Source: Thermoanaerobaculia bacterium
GTDB taxonomy: Bacteria; Acidobacteriota; Thermoanaerobaculia; Multivoradales; UBA5704
Length of the DNA stretch: 42,829 nt
Direction: 5' to 3'
NCBI GenBank assembly: GCA_044226625.1
Contig: JBGAGQ010000059.1
Coordinates: 1 to 42,829 of the forward strand
The notes beneath the pieces are model-generated. The model saw only the letters and a list, made by a program, of their open reading frames with translations. It ran no database searches and was not told the origin of the DNA. Below, piece by piece: positions 16,729 through 26,504 of this stretch (positions within the stretch are counted from its first letter, which is position 1; each line of letters begins with the position of its first letter). Position numbers and translations under genes: made by a program.

Positions 16729-19460
16729 GCGCCCAGCCCGAGAAACGTCCGCAGCCTCTCCCGCGCCTCTTCGAGCGACTTCGCCCCTTCGCCCAGCCGC
16801 TCGAGCGTGCCCACCGCCTCGGTGAGGAGGGCCTCCGCCTCCGCGCGCCGTCCGGCCGCCGCGATGGCGATCCCGAGCACGCTCGAGATCTCGCCGCGCT
16901 CGCGCCAGGCGTTGGGACGCTCCTTCTCGATCGCGGCGAGGGCCTCCCGGGCTCTCCGCTCTCCCGCGCCGGGATGGCCGAGGGCCACCTCGATGCGCGC
17001 TTCGAGCAGGAGGCTTTCGACCGTGAGGGCGTGGGGCGCCCCGAGCAGCTCCTGGCGGAGCGCGAGCGCCCGGGCGGAGAGGGGGCGGGCCTCCGCCGCG
17101 CGGCCGGTCCGCTCGAGCAGGTCGGCCAGGCTGTAGAGGCTGCTCGCCGCGGCGGCGCTGCCCTCCCCTTCGAGGCGGACGCTCATGTCGAGCGCCTTGC
17201 GGTGGAGCGCGCGCGCCGCCTCGAAATGGCCGAGCCCCGCCTCGGAATGGCCGAGGCTGCCGTAAGCGAGGGCGAGGAGCGGGTGCTCCGGCCCGTTCGT
17301 GCGCGTGCGCATCTCGATCGCCTTGCGATTCCATACGGCGGCCTCGGCGTAGCGCCCGCGCTGATTCAGGACCTCGCCGAGGTTGGCGTAGCTTGCGGCG
17401 AGGCTGGGGTGAACCGCGGGCAGGAGGCGGCTGCGCAGGGCGAGCGACTCGCGGCAGTGCCGCTCGGCGGGCTCCAGGTCCGACTCGGCGAATTCGAGCA
17501 GAGCGAGGTTCTCGATCGCGTTGCCCACCTCCAGGCGGTTCGGGCCGAGCTGCCGGCGGCGGATGGCGAGGACCTCCTCGAAGAGGGGACGGGCGAGGTC
17601 GTAGCGGCCGCCCACGGCGTGGACGACCGCGAGCGCGTTTTCGGTCGCGGCGAGCTCGAGACCGCCGGGCGGGCCGGTCCGGCGCCGCAGCTCGAGGGCG
17701 CGCTCGAGCGTCGCTTCGGCCTCGGGCAGGCGGTCGAGTTTGCGCAGCACGACGCCGAGCGCGGTCAGGGTGTCGGCCTCGCGGGCGCCGTCGTTCTCGC
17801 GGCGGCGGATGGCGAGCGCCCGCTCGTAGAACCCCCGGGCCTCCGGGTAGCGCCCCTGGTCGCCGCGCAGCTCGCCGAATGCGTGCAGGCTCTCGGCGAC
17901 GGCGAGGTCGCCGGCGCCGCCCGCCGCCTTCTGCCGCAGGGCGAGCGCCCGGGCGAGCAGCGGCTCGGCGCTCGCCAGCAGGCCGAGCCGCCGATGGATC
18001 GTGCCGACCGTGTTGAGCAGGTCGGCGCGAACTTCCGGAGGATCGCCGAGCGGGCGGGCGAGCCTCTCGACTCCGCGGTCGAGCACCTCGCGGGCGGTGA
18101 TCGTGGCGCCGGTCGCGCGGTCGGGGTCGGAGACCTCGAACAGCTCGATGAGCAGCTTCTTCACCTGCTCGGCGCGCTGGCGTGCCCTCTCCGCGGCGTC
18201 CCGCTCGCGCGCGAGCGAGCGGGCGTTCGAGGCCATCAGCGCGCCGAAACCGAGCGAGACCGCGACCAGCGTCGCCGCGGCGGCGACCGCGATCCGGTGG
18301 CGTCCGATCCATTTCCTCAGCCGATAGCCGCGGGTGCCCTTGTGCGCGAGCACGGGCGCTCCGGCGCGGTAGCGCTCGAGATCCTCGGCGAGTTGGGCGA
18401 CCGAGGCGTAGCGGCGGTGGGGCTCCTTGCGCAGCGCCTTGCCGACGATCGCGTCGAGGTCGCCCTGGAGCCTTCGCGGGGCGATCGCCGGCCGGTCGTC
18501 GCTCGTCTCGTTCGCGCGCGCCGCGGCGCTCGGCCGCTCCGGCTCCTCCTCGTCGATCCGGCGCAGCAACGCGGCGCGGGTCTGGCCGGGGCGCCGGAAC
18601 GGATGCCGGTCGGCGAGCAGCTCGAACAGCAGCACGCCGAGGGAGAAGACGTCGCTCGCCGTGGTGATCGGCGCGCCGCGCAGCTGCTCGGGGCTCGCGT
18701 AGTCGGGGGTCATCGGCTCGAGGCCGAGCGCGGTCGGGGCGAGGGTGAGCGGCGAGAGCTCCGGGTTCAGGAGCTTCGAGATCCCGAAGTCGAGCAGCTT
18801 GGGCGAGCCGTCGGCGGTGACCAGGATGTTGGCGGGCTTCAGGTCCCGGTGGACGATCAGGTTTTGATGGGCATAGGCGACCGCGCCGCAGATCGCCTCG
18901 AAGAGGGCGAGGCGCCGCGCGAGCGAGGGTTTCTCTTCGCGGCACCAGCGGTCGAGCGGGCGCCCCTCGACGTACTCGAGGACCAGGTAGGGGCGGCCGT
19001 CGATCGTTCCGCCGTCGAGCAGGCGGGCGATCGCGGGGTGATCGAGCACGGCGAGGATCTGCCGCTCGCGGCGGAAGCGCCGGGCGAGCTCGGGGGAGTC
19101 GAGCCCCGGGCGCAGGATCTTGAGCGCCACCCGCTTCCGGTACTCGCCGTCCACCCGCGCCGCGAGATAGACCGAGCCCATGCCCCCGCGCCCGAGCAGG
19201 TGGAACAGCTGGTAGGGCCCGAGGCGGCTCGGAACGGCCTCGCGCTCGGCGAGGGGATCCCCGTCGGCTTCGAACGCCGTGGCGAACGGGCCGTCGTCGC
19301 GCTCGTGCGCTTCGAGCAGCGAGAGCACCTCGGCGCGGAGAGCGGCGTCGGCCTCTTCCCGTTCGACGAAGCCGTGTCGCGCCTCCCTGGGAAGCTCGAG
19401 GGCCGCCGCGAACAGGGCGCCCACGCGATCCCAGCGTTCCGGGTCCAGTTCCGTGTCCAT
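16491..19460 (-). CDS. Membrane Hanks-type Ser/Thr kinase with extracytoplasmic TPR repeats
   Basis: LGRGGMGSV, VALK, HRDLKPAN, DFG, TPDYASPEQ, SDVFSLG; TM; kinesin-light-chain-like TPRs. The last ~79 codons overlap the TPM gene antisense. Confidence 0.93.
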   Translation of the reverse strand: MDTELDPERWDRVGALFAAALELPREARHGFVEREEADAALRAEVLSLLEAHERDDGPFATAFEADGDPLAEREAVPSRLGPYQLFHLLGRGGMGSVYLAARVDGEYRKRVALKILRPGLDSPELARRFRRERQILAVLDHPAIARLLDGGTIDGRPYLVLEYVEGRPLDRWCREEKPSLARRLALFEAICGAVAYAHQNLIVHRDLKPANILVTADGSPKLLDFGISKLLNPELSPLTLAPTALGLEPMTPDYASPEQLRGAPITTASDVFSLGVLLFELLADRHPFRRPGQTRAALLRRIDEEEPERPSAAARANETSDDRPAIAPRRLQGDLDAIVGKALRKEPHRRYASVAQLAEDLERYRAGAPVLAHKGTRGYRLRKWIGRHRIAVAAAATLVAVSLGFGALMASNARSLARERDAAERARQRAEQVKKLLIELFEVSDPDRATGATITAREVLDRGVERLARPLGDPPEVRADLLNTVGTIHRRLGLLASAEPLLARALALRQKAAGGAGDLAVAESLHAFGELRGDQGRYPEARGFYERALAIRRRENDGAREADTLTALGVVLRKLDRLPEAEATLERALELRRRTGPPGGLELAATENALAVVHAVGGRYDLARPLFEEVLAIRRRQLGPNRLEVGNAIENLALLEFAESDLEPAERHCRESLALRSRLLPAVHPSLAASYANLGEVLNQRGRYAEAAVWNRKAIEMRTRTNGPEHPLLALAYGSLGHSEAGLGHFEAARALHRKALDMSVRLEGEGSAAAASSLYSLADLLERTGRAAEARPLSARALALRQELLGAPHALTVESLLLEARIEVALGHPGAGERRAREALAAIEKERPNAWRERGEISSVLGIAIAAAGRRAEAEALLTEAVGTLERLGEGAKSLEEARERLRTFLGLGAQRRSERNAPYSARPSSSTARPIAYGAHDQCREVRCAGGRADGEGDGEADPVSPASVPSPSAGRPPSFASSPGSTTSTA

Positions 19461-19467
19461 GGGGAGA

Positions 19468-20043
19468 TCAAGCCTCCAGCTCGCGACGGAGGAAGGCGCG
19501 GGCGAGCGCCCAGTCGTTCTTGACGGTGGCGAGCGAGACGGAGAGGACCTCCGCGGTCTCTTCGAGGTTCAGGCCGCCGAAGAAGCGCATCTCGACGACG
19601 CGCCCTTGCCGGGCGTTGCGCCGCGCGAGGGTCGACAGGGCCTCGTCGAGGTCGATCAGGTCGACGCGCTCCGCGAGCTGCCGCGGCGGATCGGCCGGAG
19701 CGTCCCCGAAGTCGGGGCCGAGCGGAACCAGGGTCTCGCCGAGGCCCCGTTTGGCCGCCTTCCGGCGTCGGGCATGGCTGACCAGGATGCGCCGCATCTC
19801 GAGCGCCGCCACCGAGAGGAAATGCGCCCGGCAGCGCCAGTCGACGCCCGGCTCGCGCAGGAGCTTCAGGTACGCCTCGTGCGCGAGGGCGGTCGGTTGG
19901 AGGGTGTGGCCGTCGCGCTCGCGCCGCAGATGCGCCCGCGCGATCCGCCGCAGGTCGTCGTAGACCAGAGGCATCATCCGCTCGAACGCCGAGGCGTCGC
20001 CTTGCCGCCAGGCGAGCAGAAGGCTCGTGACCTCTCGGCCCAT
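19468..20043 (-). CDS. ECF sigma factor, TIGR02999-like (kinase-associated)
   Basis: EVTSLLLAWRQGD, LVYDDLRRIA, HTLQPTALAHEAYLKL, LDEAL, EMRFFGGL, TVKNDWALARAFL. Confidence 0.93.
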   Translation of the reverse strand: MGREVTSLLLAWRQGDASAFERMMPLVYDDLRRIARAHLRRERDGHTLQPTALAHEAYLKLLREPGVDWRCRAHFLSVAALEMRRILVSHARRRKAAKRGLGETLVPLGPDFGDAPADPPRQLAERVDLIDLDEALSTLARRNARQGRVVEMRFFGGLNLEETAEVLSVSLATVKNDWALARAFLRRELEA

Positions 20044-20070
20044 GTCGGGCCCTCCCGATTCGAAGACTTC

Positions 20071-20079
20071 ATTTTATCA
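20071..20079 (-). promoter_or_regulatory. Extended -10 TGnTAAAAT for the ECF/kinase operon
   Basis: AT-rich near-consensus element upstream of the GGGAGGG SD. Confidence 0.55.
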
Positions 20080-20333
20080 CCGACAAAGTCTTTGCTTGAT
20101 CACCGGCCAAAGGGCGGCGATCAGGAGAGAAGCGGCCGCCCGGGCGGGCTCGACGGCGGCCGATCGCCGCTCGATCGACCCGGGTGAGGCCGCGAAAGGA
20201 GGGACACGAGGCGGCCGGACCCCGTTGAGGGCGGAGGTCCGGTTAGCCGGTTTCGCCGCGATCCGCGCCACCGCCAACGGAGCCCGACTCCACGGGCACC
20301 GATTCCGGTCTCGCGCCGGATGGGAGAGACACC

Positions 20334-22877
20334 ATGCATCGAATCCCCAGGTCGTGTCTGCGCCTCGGCGCCGCGATCTCGCTCGCGGCCCTGCCGGCCC
20401 TCACGTCCCCTTCCCGCCTCGTCGCACAGGCGCCCTGCGCCGTCGGCCTCGGTACCCGCGCGATCGCGCTCGGCGGGCCGGTCGTGGTGCGCATCCTGCC
20501 GGTCTCCGCGGACTTCACGTCGGACATCTCGGTGCTCAAGAACGGCGCCACGGTCGGCGAATTCCGCTTTCCGCTCGGCTCGAGCGCGGACGCCGGCGCG
20601 GTCGTCGACGCGGGGGTCTTCGTGCACGGCTCGGAGCTCCGGTTCTTCATCGCGGTCGACCCGACCGGCTACGATTTTTCGACCGGTCCCGCCTCGCGCA
20701 ATCTCGATGGCCTCGCCCACGCCGAGGTGACGCAGGTCGACGCCGACACGGTGCGGGTCGCGTTCGAAGACTTCCTCGGCGCGAGCGACCGCGACTTCGA
20801 CGACGTGGTCTTCGAGGTCGACGGCGCCCAGCCTCAGATCTACTTCGCCGGTCTGCCCGTGGAGCCGGGCGGAGATTCGCGTCTCGAATGCGGTGAGGCG
20901 GGCGAGCTGATCTCTTCGCCGATCCGAGTCGGCGGAGACCTGGGGCTCGACCTGCCGCTCGGCGCGAACGATGGCGTTCTCCTTTCCGCCTCGAGCCGCG
21001 GCGCGGCGGGGGGGCGCCATCTCGAGATTCTCGGACGGGGTGTCGGCGGGGGCGGGGGAGGGGAGCCGCGCGTTCGGCTGCGGCGCGACGACGGCGGAGG
21101 CACCGTGGGGGGCGCCATCCTCACTGTGGGCTTCGCCGTCAGCTCGATCTCGCTGCCGATCCGCGTCGAGAAGCTGCTCCACGGCGTTCTCGTCGATCAG
21201 GTGGAGGTCCCTGGGCGGATGGAGGGCGGACTGCTTTCCAGCCCGGCCGACGCTCCGCCCTGCGCGTTGGGCCAAGTCGAGGAGGCGGAGGTCACGTTGA
21301 AAAAGACGCTATTCGTCGGGTTCTGTCGCATCGAGACCCGATTCCGCTGCACGTCGCCGCCGAGCCCGGGCTCCTCCTTCGACGAGACCCGCGTGTCCGC
21401 CGACGAGCCCGACCTGGAGTTCTGTCTGCCGTTCGGTCGGTTCGGCGTCGCGGGGTCCGGTTACGAATCCTTCGCGATCCGATCCCAGAGCCTCGTCCGC
21501 TTCGGCCGCCCGCACACCGCGCTCGGCGGGGCGGAGCTCCATCCGGACGAAGACTCCCTCGGCCTCGCCGAGCTGGGCGCCTCCGGAGGAGACGGCGTGT
21601 CGATCGATCTGGGAGCCGGCGTCGAGACGTTCGACTCGACCTGGAAGCCGTTGCCGCTGGTCGGGCTGTCGCTCGCCGGATCGCGGATCGCGCTCTCCTC
21701 TCGGGGGAGCGTCGTGGGGGAGGGCGACCGCGACCTCGGCTCGCTCGAGCTGGTCCAAGTCGACGGCAAGGTGCGGGTGGCGGCCGACTACTCGGCGGTC
21801 GGCTCGCCGACGCACCGCATCGTCGTCCTGGATCACGGCACGGTGGTCGCGGACGTCCGCGCGCACGCGGGCTTCGTCGCGCACCTGACCGCCTGGCCCA
21901 CCGGCGCGGGCAAGGGGAGATTCACGCTGCCCGACCTCACCCGGACTCCGTGCTACACCCTGCCGCTGCCGCCCGACACCTGGATCGATGTGCCCGGCGG
22001 GCCGAAGGTCTTGGGCGATCGGATGCTCGTGCTCGCCGAAGGCGCGGGCTCTGTCGGAACGGTCTCAAGGTTCGACCTCCGCGCCTCGCTCCTGCCGCCG
22101 ATCGAGATCTCCGGCGAACAGGTGACGCTCGAGCCGGTCCCGCCCGCGCCCGCGCTCTGCGTACCGTCGGCCCGCCGGCTCTGCCTGGGCGACGGCCAGT
22201 TCGCCGCCGAGCTCGCCTGGTTCGACGCCGCGGGTCGCTCGCGGACGGCCGAGGCGGTCGCGCTCACGCGGGAGGCGGGGTATTTCCGCTTCGACGATCC
22301 GGCGCGGCCGGAGGTGGCGGTGAAGATGTTCGACGGCCGCGCGATCAACGGCGCCTGGTGGGTCTACGAAGGAGGCCTTTCGCGCCGGGGGTATCGGCTG
22401 ACGGTGATCGACCTCCAACGGGGGACGAGAAAGGTCTACCTGCATCCGCGCGGCCGTTTCGCGAGCCGCCTCGACGATCGGACGTTCGCGGGAACGGGAG
22501 GGAGCCGCGTGGGAACGCTGGGGCTCGGATCGGGAGCGCTCGTTGAGCCCGCCGCGCCCGCCGCGTTCGCCGCCATGGTACCCACCGGCGCCTCCGGATG
22601 CGCGCCGTCGGCCACGCGGCTCTGCCTCGGCGGAGGGCGTTTCGAGGTCGAGGTGGTCGCCACGGGCTCCGGCACGCCGCGGCGGGCGGGGACCGTGCCG
22701 CTGGGCGACGCCGCGGGCTACTTCTGGCTATCCGAAGCGGCGGCGGCGGACGTCTTCGTCAAAGCCCAGCCGCGGCCGGGCGGCGGCTGGGCGATCGTGC
22801 GCGGCTCGCTCACCCGGAGCGCGTACACGCTCCGGGTTCGCGATCGGGCGACCGGGCAGGTGGCGATCCTTCGCTAG
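20334..22877 (+). CDS. Large secreted beta-rich protein with DUF4114-like motif and duplicated C-terminal Cys domain
   Basis: Signal peptide; VAFEDFLGASDRDFDDVVF; two CxPSAxRLCLGxGxF...GYF...VxVK...GxL...YxLxVxD repeats. Confidence 0.8.
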   Translation: MHRIPRSCLRLGAAISLAALPALTSPSRLVAQAPCAVGLGTRAIALGGPVVVRILPVSADFTSDISVLKNGATVGEFRFPLGSSADAGAVVDAGVFVHGSELRFFIAVDPTGYDFSTGPASRNLDGLAHAEVTQVDADTVRVAFEDFLGASDRDFDDVVFEVDGAQPQIYFAGLPVEPGGDSRLECGEAGELISSPIRVGGDLGLDLPLGANDGVLLSASSRGAAGGRHLEILGRGVGGGGGGEPRVRLRRDDGGGTVGGAILTVGFAVSSISLPIRVEKLLHGVLVDQVEVPGRMEGGLLSSPADAPPCALGQVEEAEVTLKKTLFVGFCRIETRFRCTSPPSPGSSFDETRVSADEPDLEFCLPFGRFGVAGSGYESFAIRSQSLVRFGRPHTALGGAELHPDEDSLGLAELGASGGDGVSIDLGAGVETFDSTWKPLPLVGLSLAGSRIALSSRGSVVGEGDRDLGSLELVQVDGKVRVAADYSAVGSPTHRIVVLDHGTVVADVRAHAGFVAHLTAWPTGAGKGRFTLPDLTRTPCYTLPLPPDTWIDVPGGPKVLGDRMLVLAEGAGSVGTVSRFDLRASLLPPIEISGEQVTLEPVPPAPALCVPSARRLCLGDGQFAAELAWFDAAGRSRTAEAVALTREAGYFRFDDPARPEVAVKMFDGRAINGAWWVYEGGLSRRGYRLTVIDLQRGTRKVYLHPRGRFASRLDDRTFAGTGGSRVGTLGLGSGALVEPAAPAAFAAMVPTGASGCAPSATRLCLGGGRFEVEVVATGSGTPRRAGTVPLGDAAGYFWLSEAAAADVFVKAQPRPGGGWAIVRGSLTRSAYTLRVRDRATGQVAILR

Positions 22878-23055
22878 CCCGAATTTCTCACCGGGTTTCG
22901 TTGCGAGGCGGAAGAGATGCCGGTGAATGCAAGGCGCGCGAAGGGAGGACGACGTAGGCGTAGTTGCCCCTCCGTCGAGGAGTCCGAACGAGCGCAACGC
23001 AGCAGGCGCCGGCAGATTTTCCGCCGCAGCAGAAAACCGGTGAGAAGGTCGGGCT
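22876..23055. mobile_element. ~180-bp imperfect long palindrome, MITE/REP-like element
   Basis: Left AGCCCGAATTTCTCACCGGGTTTCGTTGCGAGGCGGAA is an inverted match to right TTCCGCCGCAGCAGAAAACCGGTGAGAAGGTCGGGCT; begins at a CTAG. Confidence 0.65.
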
Positions 23056-23063
23056 CGCGCGGG

Positions 23064-26000
23064 TCAGGGGCGTGTCGCCCCCTGCAGCTCACGCCACCGG
23101 GCGAGCGCCCGGTCGAGTTGGCCGCGCATCTGCTCGAGGACCTGACGCTGCGGCGCGGTGGGGGCGGAATCCGCTCCTTCGAGGTCGGACTCTAGGCCGG
23201 AGAGGACGGCGCCGACGACCGTGAGGTCGAGGTCGCCGCCCCCGCCGGTGAGCTTCGCGAGCTCGTCGCGGGTGGCCTTCGCGCGGTCGGCGACGCGCTT
23301 CGTCGTCTTCCCCTCGCCGGCCGCGGTCGGCGCGAGCTTGCCGTCGAGCGCCTCGATCTGTTCGAGCGCCTCGACGGTCTGGCCGAGCGCGCGTACGACC
23401 TCGGCCGAGAGCGCCTGTCCGGCCTCGAGATCCGCGAGCGTCACCCGGCTGCGCGGGTCCTTCTCAACGATCAGTGGGCGTTCGACCGTGGCGCCGCCGA
23501 CGGAGAGACGGACCCGGTACGTGCCGGGAAGGACGAGCATCCCCTGCGGCGTGGTCGCGGTGTCGCGGTCGGGGACGGCGGCGATGGTGAAGTCGTAGTC
23601 GGTCGCCTTCGGCTGCGGCAGCCGCAGGTTCCACCAGAACCGGTTGTGCCCGGCGCGGCCGGTCGGGACGGCGGGGGGGAGGAGCCACCGGTCGGCGAAG
23701 TACTGCCTTGCGCCGGGGCGCTCCGGCCGTTCGGCGCTGGAGAACCGTCCGACCCGGGCGCCCGCGGCGTCGAGGATCTCGATCTCGACCGGCCCGTCGG
23801 TGGCGGCGGGCAGGTAGTAGTCGATCGGCACTCCGGCGAACGGATTCGGCGCGGTGGGAAACTCCGGCGGCAGCGGCGTGTCGCGGTTCTCGTTCGCGGT
23901 GACGCGGATCGCGGGGCCGGGAGGGGCCAGGGCGAGCGCCCGCTCGGAATCGAAGCCCGCGCGTAAGGGAGCCACATCGTCGAGGATCCAGAGCGCGCGC
24001 CCCTGGGTCGCGATCACCAGGTCGCGCCCCTTGACCAGGAGGTCGTTGACCCCGGTCGTCGGCAGGTTCAGTTGCAGCGGGCGCCAGCGCCCGCCGTCGT
24101 CGAACGAGACGAAGACCCCCGTGCGCGTGCCGGCGTAGAGCAGGCCGGAGCGCTCCGGGTCGGCGCGCACGACGTCGACCCAGCTGTCGGCGGGAAGGCC
24201 GGTCTCGGCGCGCCGCCAGTGCGCGCCGAAGTCGTGGGTGACGTAGATCCAAGGCGAGCGATCGTCGAGCCGATGGCGGTCGACCGCGACGTAGGCGGAT
24301 CCGGGCTCGGATCCGGCATCGATCTGGGCCACCTGGCTCCAGTCGGGCAGGTCCTTGGGCGTCACGTCGGTCCATTGGGCACCGCCGTCCTGGGTGAGCT
24401 GGATTCGGCCGTTGTCGGTGCCGACCCAGATCAGGCCGGAGGCGACCGGGGACGGGGCGATCGAGAAGATCGTGCCGTAGCCGCAGGCGGTGGTGCGCTC
24501 GATCGGCGGATCGAAGCGGCCGGGCGCCGGAGTGCAACCGGGGGCGTTCGCGACCGCGCCGGTCAGGTCGGGGCTCACCGCCTCCCAGGTCTGGCCGCGG
24601 TCGAGCGAGCGCGAGAGCACCTGCGTCCCCTGGAAGAGCGCGTGCGGGGGACGGGGATCGATCGCGATCGGGGTGATCCAGGTGGTCCGGTTCGGCACCG
24701 TCGGCGGACGCTGGCCGTAGGAGGAGACGGGCCAGGGCGAGACGTTCGCGACCCGGCCGGTCGCGGCGTCCCAGCGGCTGATCTTGCCGCCGAGGCCGCT
24801 GCCGTAGACGACGTCGGGATCGACCGGATCGGGCAGGTCGCCGTCGCGCTCGTCGCCGCCGACCGAGTGCCAGTCGCGGTAGGTCAGCTGGCCGTAGTTG
24901 CTGCGCGAGGAGACCGAGACCGTGCCGCTGTCCTGCTGGCCGCTGTAGACGCGGTAGGGGAAGCGATCGTCGACCCCGAGCCGGTAGAACTGCCCCGTCG
25001 GCTGGTTGTACCAGGGACTCCAGGTGACGCCGCCGTTGACCGACACGGTCGTTCCCTGGTCGCTCGCGAGGACCATCCGCTCGGGGTGGGCGGGGTTGAT
25101 CCAGAGGAAATGGTAATCGTCGCCGCCGGGTGAGCCCTTGATGTAGGCGAGGGTCTTGCCGCCGTCGGTCGACTTGCGGAACGACTGACCGGGGAAATAG
25201 ACGGTGTCCGGGTCGCTCGGGTCGGCGAAGACGCGGCCGAAGTAGCTGCCGACGATCGAGCGGTTCGCCATCGTGAGCTTCCAGCTGTCGCCGCCGTCGT
25301 CGGATCGGTACAGCCCGGCGTCCGTCCGCGCGTCGACCGCGGCGTAGATCCGCCGGCCGTTCGTGCCGGGCGCCACGGCGAGGCCGATCTTGCCGAGCGA
25401 GCCGCTCGGCAGCCCCGTGCGCGGCGCGGCGCTCCAGCTCTTGCCGCCGTCGGTCGAGCGCCAGATGCCGCTGCCCGGTCCGACCTGCGGCACGTGGTAG
25501 CCCTGCCAGGGGTAGAGGCGGTTCTGCCAGAAGGCGGCGTAGAGGAGGTCCGGGCTCTTCGGGTCGCCGGCGATCTCGACCGCGCCGGTATCGCGGTCGA
25601 CGGACGCGACGCGGGTCCAGCGCCGACCGCCGTCGTCGGTGCGGAAGATGCCGCGCTCCTCGCTCGGGCCGAACAGGTGCCCGAGCGCGGCGACGAGCAG
25701 CACGTTCGGATCGCGCGGGTCGACCCAGATCCGGCCGATGTGGCGCGTGTCGGCGAGGCCCATCGAGGTCCACGTGGCCCCCTCGTCTTCGCTCTTCCAG
25801 ACGCCGTTGCCGTCCATCACGTCGTAGCGGGTCTGGACCTGGCCGCTGCCGACCCAGATCGTCCGCCGCCCGCCGGCGCCGGGGACGACCGCGAGCGCGC
25901 CGACGGAGGAGAACGGCGCGTGGTCCGAGAGCGGGCGCCAGGTCACGCCGGCGTCGTCGGACTTCCAGACCCCGCCGTCGGCGGCGCCGAAGTAGAAGGT

Positions 26001-26303
26001 GTCGAGCTGGTCGGGGATCCCCGCGGCGACGATCGACCAACCGGCGCGCAGCGGCCCGATCAGGCGCCAGCGCAAGTCCTGGTAGCCGGCCGTAGGCCCG
26101 GCCGTTTCAGCGGAGGCGCCCGGGCCGGGGGCGGCCAGAGTTGCGATGAGAGCGATCGCAACGGGACCGATCGCGACGGCGACCTTCGCAGCGCGCCCCA
26201 GGTGACGGCCGAGCGCGGCGATCCGCGTTCCAGCCCGACTTTTCGCGGCCTCCGACCCTTCTTTTCCGGCGTTTCCACTGCGCTCCGTCGCGGCTCTCGT
26301 CAT
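23064..26303 (-). CDS. Secreted BNR/Asp-box (Sortilin-Vps10-like) beta-propeller glycosyl hydrolase-like protein
   Basis: LRWRLIGP, many SxDxGxxW Asp-boxes, NQPTGQFY, GQQDSG, ATQGRALW, coiled C-terminus. True start may be downstream. Confidence 0.88.
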   Translation of the reverse strand: MTRAATERSGNAGKEGSEAAKSRAGTRIAALGRHLGRAAKVAVAIGPVAIALIATLAAPGPGASAETAGPTAGYQDLRWRLIGPLRAGWSIVAAGIPDQLDTFYFGAADGGVWKSDDAGVTWRPLSDHAPFSSVGALAVVPGAGGRRTIWVGSGQVQTRYDVMDGNGVWKSEDEGATWTSMGLADTRHIGRIWVDPRDPNVLLVAALGHLFGPSEERGIFRTDDGGRRWTRVASVDRDTGAVEIAGDPKSPDLLYAAFWQNRLYPWQGYHVPQVGPGSGIWRSTDGGKSWSAAPRTGLPSGSLGKIGLAVAPGTNGRRIYAAVDARTDAGLYRSDDGGDSWKLTMANRSIVGSYFGRVFADPSDPDTVYFPGQSFRKSTDGGKTLAYIKGSPGGDDYHFLWINPAHPERMVLASDQGTTVSVNGGVTWSPWYNQPTGQFYRLGVDDRFPYRVYSGQQDSGTVSVSSRSNYGQLTYRDWHSVGGDERDGDLPDPVDPDVVYGSGLGGKISRWDAATGRVANVSPWPVSSYGQRPPTVPNRTTWITPIAIDPRPPHALFQGTQVLSRSLDRGQTWEAVSPDLTGAVANAPGCTPAPGRFDPPIERTTACGYGTIFSIAPSPVASGLIWVGTDNGRIQLTQDGGAQWTDVTPKDLPDWSQVAQIDAGSEPGSAYVAVDRHRLDDRSPWIYVTHDFGAHWRRAETGLPADSWVDVVRADPERSGLLYAGTRTGVFVSFDDGGRWRPLQLNLPTTGVNDLLVKGRDLVIATQGRALWILDDVAPLRAGFDSERALALAPPGPAIRVTANENRDTPLPPEFPTAPNPFAGVPIDYYLPAATDGPVEIEILDAAGARVGRFSSAERPERPGARQYFADRWLLPPAVPTGRAGHNRFWWNLRLPQPKATDYDFTIAAVPDRDTATTPQGMLVLPGTYRVRLSVGGATVERPLIVEKDPRSRVTLADLEAGQALSAEVVRALGQTVEALEQIEALDGKLAPTAAGEGKTTKRVADRAKATRDELAKLTGGGGDLDLTVVGAVLSGLESDLEGADSAPTAPQRQVLEQMRGQLDRALARWRELQGATRP

Positions 26304-26504
26304 CGCTCCCGATCTCCTTTCGGCGTGGGCGAACGATACAGGAAGGAGCGGCCCGTCGGCCCCGTTCGGAGGCCGCCGAAGGCGACCGAATTCGAGCGGC
26401 GGCGGGCGGTCGCACGGCCCGCCGAGCTGCCAACCGGAACGCCACCTGGGGTAGTGTTACGCGACTTTCGATTCTCCGGTTCACGACCTCCTCGCCTTCC
26501 TGCC

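Noticed and set aside
26304-26504. Riboswitch or ncRNA in the divergent intergenic region
   Set aside because: Only generic GC pairing; no recognisable conserved motif.
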